DNA of 60,441 bases, the filler included, from Nemertoderma westbladi (Eukaryota > Animalia > Xenacoelomorpha), in NCBI GenBank assembly GCA_032718475.1. It is 3 parts of 3 records of this genome, joined end to end, with 100 filler letters (N's around TTAATTAATTAA, not from the genome) between each part and the next. Parts side by side here need not be neighbours in the genome. Positions count along the whole stretch, not along the records: positions 44,210 to 60,441 come from JAUCBJ010001785.1; 2 more parts are not named here. The stretch is one strand, 5' to 3'. Shown one piece after another: positions 47,201 to 60,389 of this stretch (position 1 is the first letter of the stretch; each line of letters begins with the position of its first letter). A program made the translations under genes and the position numbers. Below the pieces are notes generated by a model. That model ran no database searches. It was not told the origin of the DNA and saw only the letters and a list, made by a program, of their open reading frames with translations.

Positions 47201-49633
47201 CCACTGGTAGTTGTTGTTACTGGTAGTTGTTGTCACTGGTAGTTGTTTTCACGGGTAGTTGTTGTCACTGGTAGTTGTTGCCACTGGTAGTTGTTGTTAC
47301 TGGTAGTTGTTGTCACTGGTAGTTGTTGAACTGGTAGTTGTTGTCACTGGTAGTTGTTGAACTGGTAGTTGTTGTCACTGGTAGTTGTTGTCACTGGTAG
47401 TTGCTGTCACTGGTAGTTGTTGAGCTGGTAGTCGTTTCACTGGTAGTTGTTGAACTGGTTTTTGTTGTCACTGGTAGTTGTCACTGGTAGTTGCTGTCAC
47501 TGGTAGTTGCTGTCACTGGTAGTTGTTGAGCTGGTAGTTGTTGTCACTTGTAGTTGTTTTCACGAGTAGATATTGTCACTGGTAGTTGTTGTCGCTGGTA
47601 GTTGCTGTCACTGGTAGTTGTTGAGCTGGTAGTCGTTTTCACTGGTAGTTGTTGAACTGGTAGTTGTTGTCACTGGTAGTTGTTGTCACTGGTAGTTTTT
47701 TCACTGGTAGTTGTTGTCACTGGTAGTTGTTGTCACTGGCAGTTGTTGTCACTGGTAGTTGCTGTCACTGGTAGTTGTTGAGCTGGTAGTAGTTGTCACT
47801 GGTTGTATTTTTCACTGGTAGTTGTTGTCACTGGTAGTTGTTGCCACTGGTGGTTGTTGTCACTGGTTGTTGTTGTCGCTGGTAGTAGTTGTTACTGGTT
47901 GTATTTTTCTCTGGTAGTTGTTGTCACTGGCAGTTGTTGTCACTGGTAGTTGCTGTCACTGGTAGTTGTTGAGCTGGTAGTTGTTGTCACTGGTAGTTGC
48001 TGTCACTGGTAGTTGTTTTCACTGGTAGTTGTTGTTACTGGTAGTTGTTGTCACTGGTTGTATTTTTCACTGGTAGTTGTTGTCACTGGTAGTTGTTGTC
48101 ACTGGTAGTTGCTGTCTCTGGTAGTTGTTGAGCTGGTAGTTGTTGTCACTGGTAGTTGCTGTCACTGGTAGTTGTTGAGCTGGTAGTTGTTGCAGATAGT
48201 TGTTGTCACTGGTAGTTGCTGTCACTGGTAGTTGTTTTCACTGGTAGTTGTTTTCACTGGTAGTTGTTGTCACTGGTAGTTGTTGTCACTGGTAGTTGTT
48301 TTCACGGGTAGTTGTTGTCACTGGTAGTTGTTGCCACTGGTAGTTGTTGTTACTGGTAGTTGTTGTCACTGGTTGTATTTTTCACTGGTAGTTGTTGTCA
48401 CTGGTAGTTGTTGTCACTGGTAGTTGCTGTCTCTGGTAGTTGTTGAGCTGGTAGTTGTTGTCACTGGTATTTGTTGTCACTGGTAGTTGTTGAGCTGGTA
48501 GTTGTTGCAGATAGTTGTTGTCACTGGTAGTTGCTGTCACTGGTAGTTGTTGAGCTGGTAGTTGTTGCAGATAGTTGTTGTCACTGGTAGTTGTTGTCAC
48601 TGGTTGTTGTTGTCACTGGTAGTTGTTTTCAAGGGTAGTTGTTGACACTGGTAGTTGTTGTTACTGGTAGTTGTTGTCACTGGTAGTTGCTGTCACTGGT
48701 AGTTGTTGAGCTGGTAGTTGTTGTCACTGGTAGTTGCTGTCACTGGTAGTTGTTGAGCTGGTAGTTGTTTTCACGGGTAGTTGTTGTCACTGGTAGTTGT
48801 TGCCACTGGTAGTTGTTGTTGCTTGTAGTTGTTGTCAATGGTTGTATTTTTCACTGGTAGTTGTTGTCACTGGTAGTTGTTGTCACTGGTAGTTGCTGTC
48901 ACTGGTAGTTGTTGAGCTGGTAGTTGTTGTCACTGGTAGTTGCTGTCACTGGTAGTTGTTGAGCTGGTAGTTGTTGCAGATAGTTGTTGTCACTGGTAGT
49001 TGCTGTCACAGGTAGTTGTTGAGCTGGTAGTTGTTGCAGATAGTTGTTGTCACTGGTAGTTGTTGTCACTGGTTGTTGTTGTCACTGGTAGTTGTTTTCA
49101 AGGGTAGTTGTTATCACTGGTAGTTGTTACCACTGGTAGTTGTTTTCAATGGTAGTTGTTGTCACTGGTAGTTGCTGTCTCTGGTAGTTGTTGAGCTGGT
49201 AGTTGTTGTCACTGGTAGTTGCTGTCACTGATAGTTGTTGAGCTGGTAGTTGTTGCAGATAGTTGTTGTCACTGGTAGTTGTTGTCACTGGTGGTTGTTG
49301 TCACTGGTAGTTGTTTTCACGGGTAGTTGTTGTCACTGGTAGTTGTTGCCACTTGTAGTTGTTGTTACTGGTAGTTGTTGTCACTGGTTGTATTTTCACT
49401 GGTAGTTGTTGTCACTGGTAGTTGTTGAGCTGGTAGTTGTTGTCACTGGTAGTTCCTGTCACTGGTAGTTGTTGAGCTGGTAGTTGTTACAGGTAGTTGT
49501 TGTCACTGGTAGTTGTTGAGCTGGTATTTGTTGTCACTGGTAGTTGCTGTCACTGGTAGTTGTTGAGCTGGTAGTTGTTGAGCTGGTAGTTGTTGAGCGG
49601 ATAGTTTTCACTGGTAGTTGTTGACACTGGTAG
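44210..49633. repeat. 15-bp satellite (GTTGTCACTGGTAGT)n
   Basis: Several hundred diverged units with recurring variants; interrupted at 44830-45536. Confidence 0.98.
44830..45536. mobile_element. Merlin-like MITE inserted in the satellite
   Basis: ~40-bp perfect TIRs GGTACTTTTGCACTTTAGGTCCCCACCCCTAGATTTTTTT; 8-bp TSD GTTGTTAC (44822-44829, 45537-45544); GG termini with an 8-bp TSD fit Merlin. Confidence 0.85.
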
Positions 49634-51891
49634 CTTAGGTAAATCTCCACGAACGGGGGCCACATCTGCCTCTCCTTGTCACTCAGCTGTACGTGCCATG
49701 CATTTGAGTGTGATCACAACCGCATTAGCCCTTACAGATTGTATTCACTTTGTCTAGGTAGGCCCTGTTATTATACGTTGCACTACTGTATAACGTCACT
49801 TCTTTGCACTGTCAATTAATTTTTAGTTAGGCCCTCCTATTGTGTATCTACTGTACTTCAATATACCGTACTTGCATTTAAATTTGATTTGATTCATTTT
49901 AGTAGTATTATATTTGATTTTTTGCAGTTCATACAGTACTATAATTAGATTATTTATGTTTATACTTCCATGTACTGTACTTACTACCTTTATCTCGCTG
50001 AAGATGGTTTATTGATTAAATCGAAACTTTCGAACTATAACTATATGGCTTTTTTCCAGTTTGCGCTCATTATTCTATTTCTCATTACACTGGTATTTGT
50101 AATATATTTCACAGTTCAACTTCTGGATATATTATCCATAAGCCCCTCTTGATTTTTTTTAGTGTTGAAGTCATAAACTCTATTAGTACCGGGCTATAAA
50201 ATGTTGTACAAATACATATTATATTGACCCCCCCCCCCCCCCCTCCCACCATCTAAAATCTACTAATTTTAACGAAAACGTCTGATTTTTTGTTTGTACG
50301 CAGATTTCACTTGTGTGAATCAGACCGAAAAAAAATTTCGAAAATTAATTTCTACTGGGATGGTTATTTTGCAGGACCAAAATTTCAATTAGTGAACAAT
50401 TGCGCTGAATCATTTGGAATATATTTAAAACCGCTCTAATGTCTAGAAATGACAGTTTTAGTCCTCGACACAGGCAAAAAATGAATAAACCAGAGAAACC
50501 AGTGAAAGTAACCAGCACTTTTAAGTTTGAACACAACATTTTTAGTTGACTTATACGAGGCTATAAATTTACATTTTCAGGATTTCTGGTACGCTGATTC
50601 TAATGGAATACATTTCTAATTTTCGAGATCATTGCTACTCGTAATTTTCGGCTTAATATGACAAATATTGGTGCTAGCACCAAATTTCGCAACCCTCACC
50701 AAAAAGAACATGTTTGAGATGTCCAGTGCTATTTTTATTGATTCCTTCATAAACCCGTATAACGCAAGAATGAAGATGATACATTTGATTCGATTGATAC
50801 TATTAATCAATTTGTGTATTTTCAAAAATTTGGTGCTGGCACAAACATTTCAGCAAGCGCGGAAAAAATACAAGCTTGAGAACTCTTATGCAATTTTTAC
50901 TTATTCCATTGAAATCAGAATTCTCACAAACCCGTATAACGCAAGAAACAAGGTGACACAATCAATTGATATATTTGATGGGTTTCAAAATTTGGCGCTT
51001 GCAACAAATTTTGCACCCACTTCAGAAAAATACAAGTTTGAGATGTCTAGTTAACTGAATAAATATCACTTTTAATATTGCTTAACTGTACCTAAGTCTC
51101 GCAGTGGCAGAGTGGATTCAGCGCCTATAAACTACTCACAATAGTGTTTGGCGATATAGGTTCAACACCCTATGTAGAAATTTCGCGCGGTTTTGTTTTG
51201 TTCTAAGATTTACCATTGCGAGTAACGCCTTACAGCTCGCAGCCACGAAGGTGGAGCCTTCGGGTTCCCTCCGGTGGTTCCTGTTTTATGTTCACCAATG
51301 ACTTTTACTTTTTTTACTTAACGATATCCAACTTGATGAAATATCACAGGATATATATTATTTGCTTATTACCGACAACGTTCAACTAAGAATCAATCCG
51401 ATAGACACAATGAAGAGGAGCTTATGAGACATATAATTTCGAATGATTCATGATGTTGCCAAATGGTTTACACTATTTACACGAGGACATCAAAGATTAC
51501 AGATAATTACAGTATAATACAAGGTAATACTTATAACAGTTGCCATGGAAAAGCAGTGGCGTCACATTACACCCGCAGATCGTGTTACTGCGGGGGGCAG
51601 CGTACCTCGACTCGGGCACAACTTGATTGGAAAATAAAAAATAAGCTTTATAAAAAAAAATTACGTCGGATTATTTGAAAATATACTTCCTGTTGCCATG
51701 GTAAAATGTAATTTCTATATGATGATTTCCTTCAATCCGAGTTGCTGCGATGTTTTGATCAACAAGAGGCAAGTAGACAAGAACATGTTAAATTCTGTAA
51801 CTGTTATTCAGTTTTTAATACATTTGTATTACTATTTGAAAAAGATTATTTGAATGTATTAATCTTTTTGAACTACTGTAATCTTTCTTAC

Positions 51892-54309
51892 CTGTTCCAT
51901 CATTACATATATCGCAGGAGGTCTGACAGTCTTTACGAATATCGGCTTCCGAACATCTCCCCGCAACCGCCAATCCTTTGCAAAGTTGATTTCGATCTGG
52001 CTCTTCCCAACACCCTAAACGCAAAGATAAGTTAATGCAACGAATGTAAAACTGAATTATCAAATGAGTAAAGTGCAAAATTTATAATATGGCATCACCT
52101 GTCACATAAATAACGATTTGGCATCTGCCACAATGTACCTACCCTGACCACAAACATCTCCGGTTACAAATTAAGTCTGATCTATTGATCTTACCAATCA
52201 CATCTGGAATAAACGTAGAATCACAATCACATGCCATAAAGTACTCACCAGGCACACACACATTTCCTGTTCCAATATATGTTGGATCATCTGCACCACT
52301 TTCTTCAGACACTACAAATTGAAGCGTATCACCGGTGTCTAAATATAAGAAAAACCTAAAATAATGGGTTTAAAATAATGAAAACAAATTATTTTTATTC
52401 CTAAATTGTTACATTTTCGCGTTTTTTTTTCTTTTTCTCGGTGGAATTAAAAGCACATGTTCAGTTCCCAGGAGCACCTGTCTTCAGGGGAGTTTAATGA
52501 CTCTTTAATACAGGCTTCGTTGCCTGTCTGTACGGCAATTCCAATTCTTTGGCGTAGGAATTGAAATGACCTGGGGTTCCCCCTAACGTTCTGGATTCGG
52601 TGGCCAAGCAATTGGATAAATTATAGACACGATGGGCCAATGCCACCAAGTGTCTCAATTGCCACTGGTTGATCGAGATACTCAAGTGAGATGCTACTGA
52701 ACTTGACGGCTTTGCGTTCTTCAGCCAACTCAGCAACACGGGGACCATCTTGGGCAGCAAGTGATGCATACGATGCAGCTAGGCGATGTGTACACTGTAC
52801 ATGTGAAGTCCCACCCCAGACATCGACCTTGGGACCAGTAAAGGAGTGTGGCACCCTCTGGTCGCTTGCCATCATTTCGTATTAGATAAACTCGTTCCAA
52901 TGTGCAGGGGAATTGAGCCGATATTAAAGATCTGAAAATGATCTCATTTCCGAGACGCTGTCTGGCAATCTTGCTTTTTTTATTACAATATTTTATAATG
53001 TTATTATTATTTTATAATGTTATTATTATTTTGTAATGTTATTGTTATTTTGTAATGTCATTATTATTTTATAATGTGGGGCCAGCGACGAAAGTAAGCG
53101 AGCTTATCATACAGGTACCACTAACTCAATCGTTGTGTCTGTTGCTCTGTTGTTTTGTTGCTCTGTTGATCTGTTGTGTACAATTTTAAACGTTAGTAAC
53201 TCAGCCAAATCTCGATAAAATATATCCAAACTTGGTACATTATGTAGTCTGGCAAAAGTTTAGAGATTTTCCAAGTTGAGTTTGCGTGGGGTCTTCGTGC
53301 AGCATCTGTGTAGCTGTCTTGCAGTTATAATAAATTCATTTACCCAAAAATTATTAGGCTTGGCATCAGCTAGTTGCTAGGAGACTGCAGGATATATCAT
53401 GTGGGTTTGAAATTCAGCAATACCGGTACAATACAGCAATTATTAATGTGGCCTTGGAAAGTGTGGTAGGCCTATTTCACTTTCTTCTGGCATTCCAGCA
53501 TTTCCAGATTGCAGAGTTCAGAGTATTCAGTTATTCGCGACTATTCAGCTATATCATGTACCGATGCGGTATCTTAATCTTATTAAATATATGTTTTACA
53601 GTACGGTACCGGTACTGTTACAGTGGTACATAGTTACCGGTACCGTCTTCAGGTCGTTGGCGCCACCCACCAATCGGCTTGGCAAAGGCAACCATGAAGC
53701 CATTGAAGTTTTGAAATTATGCGGACTTAAGACTGATTGCATATTGTCAGGTTGTACCAGCTGACCTTGATTCCATGTTCCGGTATACACTACTGCACTA
53801 GGTACCCCAACAGCCAAATACTGCAATACCCAGCAACGTTTGGAATTGTACCGGTACTCAAACATCGCGCCATCAAGGCTACCACCTCTGTCTGTCGCAG
53901 TGTCGTTGGCGACCTTGACTTTTGGTATCGCTACTGTGCTAGTGCTATGGGCAAACTGGACTAACCGATGAGGGAGACCCGAGGACTGAAGAATGCATTG
54001 AATTTTTTGAGTAGTTTGACTGTGGACTTCTATGACATCGATGCCAAGCTGCCAATGCGAAAGTTTTTTTTAAGTAAAAGTTTGGTTAAATTTTCTTAAT
54101 TATTTATTTAAATTTCTTAAGTACCGATTTTGGGATAGAATTGCTCAATTTTAATCTGTATCTAATAACTGACCCTCGTCCTGCGCGATGGCCCCACGAA
54201 CGTGTTATTATTGTTACTTACCTAAGAAACTGTCACCAAATTCAATGAACTGTGGAGTCACCAGTAGTGGTGTTATTGTTGTGATTATAAGTAACAAAGC
54301 TCTCGTCAT
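51892..54309 (-). CDS. Secreted ShKT-domain protein; exons 54309-54222, 52338-52249, 52014-51892 (last exon uncertain)
   Basis: All junctions are GT-AG and phase 1; MTRALLLIITTITPLLVTP signal peptide; exon 3 CWEEPDRNQLCKGLAVAGRCSEADIRKDCQTSCDIC has the six-Cys ShKT pattern. Confidence 0.8.
52470..52880 (-). mobile_element. Degraded CRE-like non-LTR retrotransposon endonuclease fragment (intronic)
   Basis: LAASY...AELAEERKAVKF...PVAIETLGGIG resembles the RLE C-terminal region of CRE elements. Confidence 0.65.
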
Positions 54310-55945
54310 GATTGCAAATGTAGACTGACCTTTTACTTTAACTTGGTTGTTTCAATAACAAAGTAACCTATAAATTTGGACCTATTATGTTCTCAATGTC
54401 TACACTATCACTGATAGTGGTGATGACAGGAAAAATAAAATTAATGACGGCTGATTTGTCAAAAATGATATCTAACAAAAATAATTCGGAAAATAAACTT
54501 TCCCCATTCGATTAATATAACACTCTATTTATCTTATGAATTATTCGCTTAAATTGAAGATTTAAATTATATAGGACAGTGTAAAATGGTAAGAAAGTTT
54601 CCACTCAAGGCGTTGGCTAAAAATGTCAACCTTTGAATATAAGTATACTGGAACATTGCATGTGGTACAGTTTGGTTTGTAAGAAGTTCTTTCATGCTTT
54701 AATGGCTGTAATTAATTTAATTATGGTTGCATATTACTTAGCATCTGTAATAGCTTGAAAGAAACCTGTTATAAAGAAACCCCATAAGCGTTTCTAATTG
54801 CTTTGTATCAGTTTCAAGTATATACCATTTAGTATCACCGTTAATAGCGATAAAGGATATATTTATGACGCATGTTACGACGTTTGAGTAAGATGAAAGA
54901 AATCAAGTCTTGACTTAGGTTAAGATCCGAGTTATTATCTGGGTTTGATTAAAATTCTGTGTGTAGGTTGGACCTTTCCTCGTTTGTTCTCGTGAGAAGC
55001 GAAGCAACTCTAACGACACATTTATCTGTTTTGTTAGCAGTCAAAGTGCATATATACTGTAAACGGATGAGTGACTAGATGATAATCGAATGTGTTAAAT
55101 TAATATAAGAGGTGAGCAAAACAGGAGAATGTAGAAATGGGTTGGGCAGGAACTCCTCATTTGGGATTATATCATCTAATAAAAAGAATGAAACAAACAT
55201 GTTCAGTGGCAGCCACGGCACAGGGGGAGCAGGGGACACGTCCCCCTTGTCCAACATTCAAGGTAAAGGGGGACGCTATATGATATGTCCACTCCACAGC
55301 ACTTTTAAAAATTTATCAATCCAAATTGAACTACAAACAATACTTAATTTAACTGACTGTACAGTATTTTATTGGTAAACAAGATAAGACCTACCCCTAC
55401 AAGCCAAATTTTCTCTGTTGAGGTAATATATAACTCCAGAGTACAGTTTAAAGCCTCCTACACCAGGTCGGGAATCCAAAACCAGGGTAATATCAACCAC
55501 CTTTATTTAGAACTGGTGAGATTACTAGGAAGTTCAATTGTCTGTTCGAACTACACAAAACATTATAGTACAACGAATGGTCATTAGCGGTCTTGTTGCC
55601 GTCCAAGCAGAGCGATAATAATTTATCATAATAATAATATTATATCTTATAAGCTTGAATAAATAATGCGTATCTTAATTTTAATTAATATATTTGTGGC
55701 AAATATGTTGAATATATTAATGAAATAGTTGTGGCAAGTTTTATACAATACAGTATGCGCTTTCATAAATTGAATATTTGAGCACGCAATTGGAAAATTT
55801 TTCATGCCCCCCCCCCCCCCTCGTTACCCATATAATATCTACTCCTGTCGTTGATATATATAATTATATTTATAATAAATGCAACTGCAAATAGCTGCTA
55901 AATTTAAATTTAAGGCTATGATTTCACAATTAATGCGGTAACTAA

Positions 55946-57157
55946 CAGTGCTAGGACAGTAGTCCCCCACACCAGACAGTAGACCCCCGGACAGTAACCC
56001 CCCCGGACAATATCCCCCCGTACAGTAGCCTAGCGGACAGTAGCCCCCGGACAGTAGCCCCCATATAGTAACCCCCAGACAGTAACCCCCAGACAGTAGC
56101 CCCCCGGATAATAGCCCCCGGAGAGTAGCCCCTATATAGTAACCCCCAGACAGTAGCCCCCCGGATAATAGCCCCTCGGATAGTAGCCCCCGGACAGTAG
56201 CCCCCATTTAGTAACCCCCAGACAGTAGCCCCGCGGACAGTTGCCCCCATATAGTAGCCCCCCGGACAGTTGCCCCCGGATAGTAGCCCCCAGATAGTAG
56301 CCCCCAGATAGCAACCCCAGGACAGTAGCCCCCCGGATAGTAGCCCCCGGACAGTAGCCCCCATATAGTAACCCCCAGACAGTAGCCCCCCGGATAATAG
56401 CCCCTCGGATAGTAGCCCCCCGGACAGTTGCCCCCCGGACAGTTGCCCCCCGGATAGTAGCTCCCCGGTTAGTAGCCCCCCGGACAGTTGCCCCCGGTCA
56501 GTAGCCCCCCGGACAGTTGCCCCCCGGATAGTAGCCCCCCGGTTAGTAGCCCCCCGGACAGTTGCCCCCCAAGAGAATATGGAATGCTCTGCCTCGGGAA
56601 TCCAGAACGGCGTCTCACCAATGTCCTTCTAGTAGCTACTCTGAAGACCAGCTATATACTATATATCAACCCACTATATATCAACTGGAATATGGCCAAT
56701 GAACCCCTTACCAGCAGGATCATATAATGGACTGTAATTTTATATTGTTTTTTTTTTAAATAAAATTGCTTTTACCTATTTTTTAGAGTGCCGTAATACT
56801 TGAATTGTTCAATGCAACTCAGGTTTTTTTAAGCACCTAGTACAATATTCTATTTCTATTTACTTTCTACCTATCTTCTTTCTATTTCAATTTAATTTTA
56901 TCGAATTAATTTTCTGAAATTTATTTTATTTTCCTTGAATTAAATTTTTGCTATACTTTTTGGTATACATTTTTTGACGTAAATCGATATGATTCTACTA
57001 TTTTTTTTGAAAATTTTCTTGTCATTTAAACTTTTAGAATTCTTCAGTTTGTATGTGAGTTGCTAATATCCGGGGCTACTGTCCGGGGGACTTCTGTCCT
57101 GGGGATACTCTCTGGGGGGCTAGTGGCCAGACGGCTAGGCCTCCTGTCCTAGAACCG
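55946..57157. mobile_element. Foldback-type DNA element with expanded 15-16-bp subterminal repeats (GGACAGTAGCCCCCC)
   Basis: CAGTGCTAGGACAG / CTGTCCTAGAACCG ends flanked by TAA; long array at ~55953-56570 and short inverted array at ~57070-57150. Confidence 0.7.
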
Positions 57158-57292
57158 TAACGCACATTGGCGAATAAAGGAGAAAAAATAATGTAATGGC
57201 ATTGATACACATTTGCCACACCCCCTGCCCATTTTACTTTTCTATAAGTTCTATGTGAATGCGCCTGTCTCTCAATTTAAAACATATCTGAA

Positions 57293-57815
57293 CTTACTAC
57301 CTACATACTACTAGGTCGAGCGAACTGGGACAGTGGAAATGAGATCCTTCCAGGCTTCCCGATTCTCCATAGTTGTCGCAATTTCGTTTCTCCCAAGTTC
57401 AGTATCCCTTTCAAGTTGATCTATATATGTTATGGCCGGTCGTCCACGACTACGTTTTCCATGAGTTGGTTGCCAGAAAAGTAGATCTGGTATGACCTCG
57501 TCTTTACTTCGCCAGCAGTGCCCACTGAATCTTAATCTGCGTTCACGGAGGGTGGTTGATACAGGTGGTATTGTACCATAAAGCTCGGCGTTTGTCATGT
57601 GTTGTCTCCAGCTGATGTTTAGGGCTGCCCTTAGTAGTCTTGTGTAGCAACCATCAATTCGTTGTTCAAGTGATTTAGTCAGTGTCCAGGTCTCACCCCC
57701 GTATAAAAATACACTTTCCACTGTGGCTCGAAAGAACTTAGTCTTCAGGTGCCTGGAGAGATCTGATTTCCAGATGGTATTCATTTTTGATAGAGCTACC
57801 CAAGCCTTTGCTTTT
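57293..57815 (-). mobile_element. 5'-truncated RTE-like LINE (RT C-terminal region intact)
   Basis: IWKS...FFRATVESVFLYGGETWTL...RRLRFSGHCWR...RGRP...W; short TAG-rich tandem tail at 57293-57313. Confidence 0.85.
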
Positions 57816-59522
57816 TAGTTGACCAATGAAGATTGTATGGCATCTTAAGCAGTTGAGCGCTGCAACATAGCGAGCTACGTATTTTGTCAACAGATTTTTT
57901 AAAATTTTCCACACCCCACATCCAATACTATTCAATATACCTATTACATTCCATGCCATCACATGATTAATATTTCAATATAGGTAATATATAGTAGTAG
58001 CATCAATCAGTTAGTTGGTGTGAAGTGAAGCACATTTCAATAAGGTGATTGAGATTTCGGTGTAATTCGAAAATAAATACTACTACTATCGATACCATGC
58101 TTATTTTCTCCATGGAGCTGCCAAAGCACAAGATTGTGTTCAGGCTGGTACTCACAGCGAAAACAATGTGCTGCAATTCGGAAGCGGCTTTGTTCAAGTG
58201 TCAAGCTTGGGGGAACCAAAGAGACATCTGCAATGTTATATAGTGTCTGGTTGGTGAATGTTCCATCCAAAGATTTGGTTTCCTCAGCAGTTAGAGTCCA
58301 GCATGGATTCCTATAGATGAGTACTGGCACTACTGCTGCTCTAAATAATCGTACCTTAACCCTATCTGCCCCGCGCTATTTGATTACGTAATTGGCCCGG
58401 GGGGGGGGGGGGGGGGGGGGCATTTTAGATATTTTTTTTGATCTTGGCTCAAAAATTACAATTTTTATTGTATGCTGGTTTTCGAGGTCGCTGATCACGA
58501 TACAATTTGTTAAAAATATTTTTGGCAATGCAACCATCATTTTGTTGCTATTTTGGTCATCCATTACGAAAAGTATAAGTAAAAAAATGTCAAAAAAACT
58601 GTGTTTGGTTCAGTAATTCTGAGGGTATACGGGTTTTCGAGGTCGCTTATCACGATGAAACTACTAATAAATAGTTGGTGCTATTCTGGTGTCCAAGAAC
58701 GAAAAGTACAAGTAGCAAAAAATTACAAACTATCCGACGTGACTTCCAGTCCGACGACGTAGTCGTCCACATGATCAAGCATACCATCTCTTTGAGCTTT
58801 TATGCTCATACGATCAGACATTACATGATATTTTTCATAGTCAACTGTGAAAATTTTGGTCTTCTTAGAGTTAACAAAATGAGATGAGGAGCCATTGGGC
58901 TCCCTGTAGTGATTCTGATTATGAAGTTATGTGCGATACATTATTGCGTATATACGATAATGTTTTGATACATGCGCCCAGTACCGGTAGTGGTAGTTCA
59001 GGTACGGTTGTAGAACCTGCAATAAAGGTTAAAGTTGAACAAGAAATCCAGCCAGGGTTCGGGGCCATACCATTGTTTTACTTTCCGTAAAACAATGGGG
59101 AGTGCCTGGAGGGCGTCAAAGTAGTTTTATAATGCCTTGATGACCTTACTACAATGGGGGTCGACCACGGTCTTATTGAGGATCGTATTATAGTTCTACA
59201 GAGGCCACGGGTTGGTTTAACCGACGTTCGCTGATAAATCAGTGCTGAGGGGATACATGGTTTAACTGCACCGACCACTACAGGACCCTTGTAATAGTCA
59301 TAAACATTATGCGTCACAATACCCAGAATTATACATTTTATTATAAGAAGGGATCTAGGGGTCTTAACCTCGAATGATAAGTTTATTTTACCGAAAATAA
59401 CTTATCTTTTATTGGCGCAATTGTAGGACTAATCCCATCACATGCGTACTTTTTAACCGGGTAGTGTACAAATTTAGGAATCGCGTAATTTTTCTTGAAA
59501 TTAATATCTCATATCTCTCCAA

Positions 59523-59565
59523 ACCACGTACACGTTTCGACCTTACTGGGTCTCATCAGCGTGGT
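59523..59565 (-). ncRNA. Minimal type I hammerhead ribozyme, copy 1
   Basis: ACCACG-CUGAUGA-GACC(CAGUAA)GGUC-GAAA-CGUG-UA-CGUGGU. Confidence 0.85.
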
Positions 59566-59934
59566 GTCGGATTCGAACCTGGGACCTCGAGGTGGAAGCC
59601 GAGCCTACAGCCACTAGGCCACAGGTTCTTGAGATATGGAGTATTAATTTCAAAGACAGCTGCCATTTTATTAGCCCCTGATTTTTGATTATTGATAGTA
59701 ACAATGTGTTGGCAAGCTGTATTTTTCGAGGTGTTTGTTATTATACATTTTATTATAAGAAGGGATCTAGGGGTCTTAACCTCGAATGATAAGTTTATTT
59801 TACCGAAAATAACTTATCTTTTATTGGCGCAATTGTAGGACTAATCCCATCACATGCGTACTTTTTAACCGGGTAGTGTACAAATTTAGGAATCGCGTAA
59901 TTTTTCTTGAAATTAATATCTCATATCTCTCCAA

Positions 59935-59977
59935 ACCACGTACGCGTTTCGACCTTACTGGGTCTCATCAGCGTGGT
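59935..59977 (-). ncRNA. Minimal type I hammerhead ribozyme, copy 2
   Basis: ACCACG-CUGAUGA-GACC(CAGUAA)GGUC-GAAA-CGCG-UA-CGUGGU; palindromic stem III (ACGCGU). Confidence 0.9.
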
Positions 59978-60346
59978 GTCGGATTCGAACCTGGGACCTC
60001 GAGGTGGAAGCCGAGCCTACAGCCACTAGGCCACAGGTTCTTGAGATATGGAGTATTAATTTCAAAGACAGCTGCCATTTTATTAGCCCCTGATTTTTGA
60101 TTATTGATAGTAACAATGTGTTGGCAAGCTGTATTTTTCGAGGTGTTTGTTATTATACATTTTATTATAAGAAGGGATCTAGGGGTCTTAACCTCGAATG
60201 ATAAGTTTATTTTACCGAAAATAACTTATCTTTTATTGGCGCAATAGTAGGACTAATCCCATCACATGCGTACTTTTTAACCGGGTAGTGTACAAATTTA
60301 GGAATCGCGTAATTTTTCTTGAAATTAATATCTCATATCTCTCCAA

Positions 60347-60389
60347 ACCACGTACGCGTTTCGACCTTACTGGGTCTCATCAGCGTGGT
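60347..60389 (-). ncRNA. Minimal type I hammerhead ribozyme, copy 3
   Basis: Same sequence as copy 2. Confidence 0.9.

Noticed and set aside
48382-48600. ORF in the 15-bp satellite (and ORFs at 55839-56727)
   Set aside because: Translations of tandem repeats, not genes.
59566-59630. Functional tRNA gene
   Set aside because: A and B boxes are present but there is no proper acceptor stem; the 3' side is replaced by the hammerhead.
59464-60100. Two identical 74-aa ORFs
   Set aside because: Antisense readings of the tRNA-like/hammerhead repeat unit with non-ATG starts.
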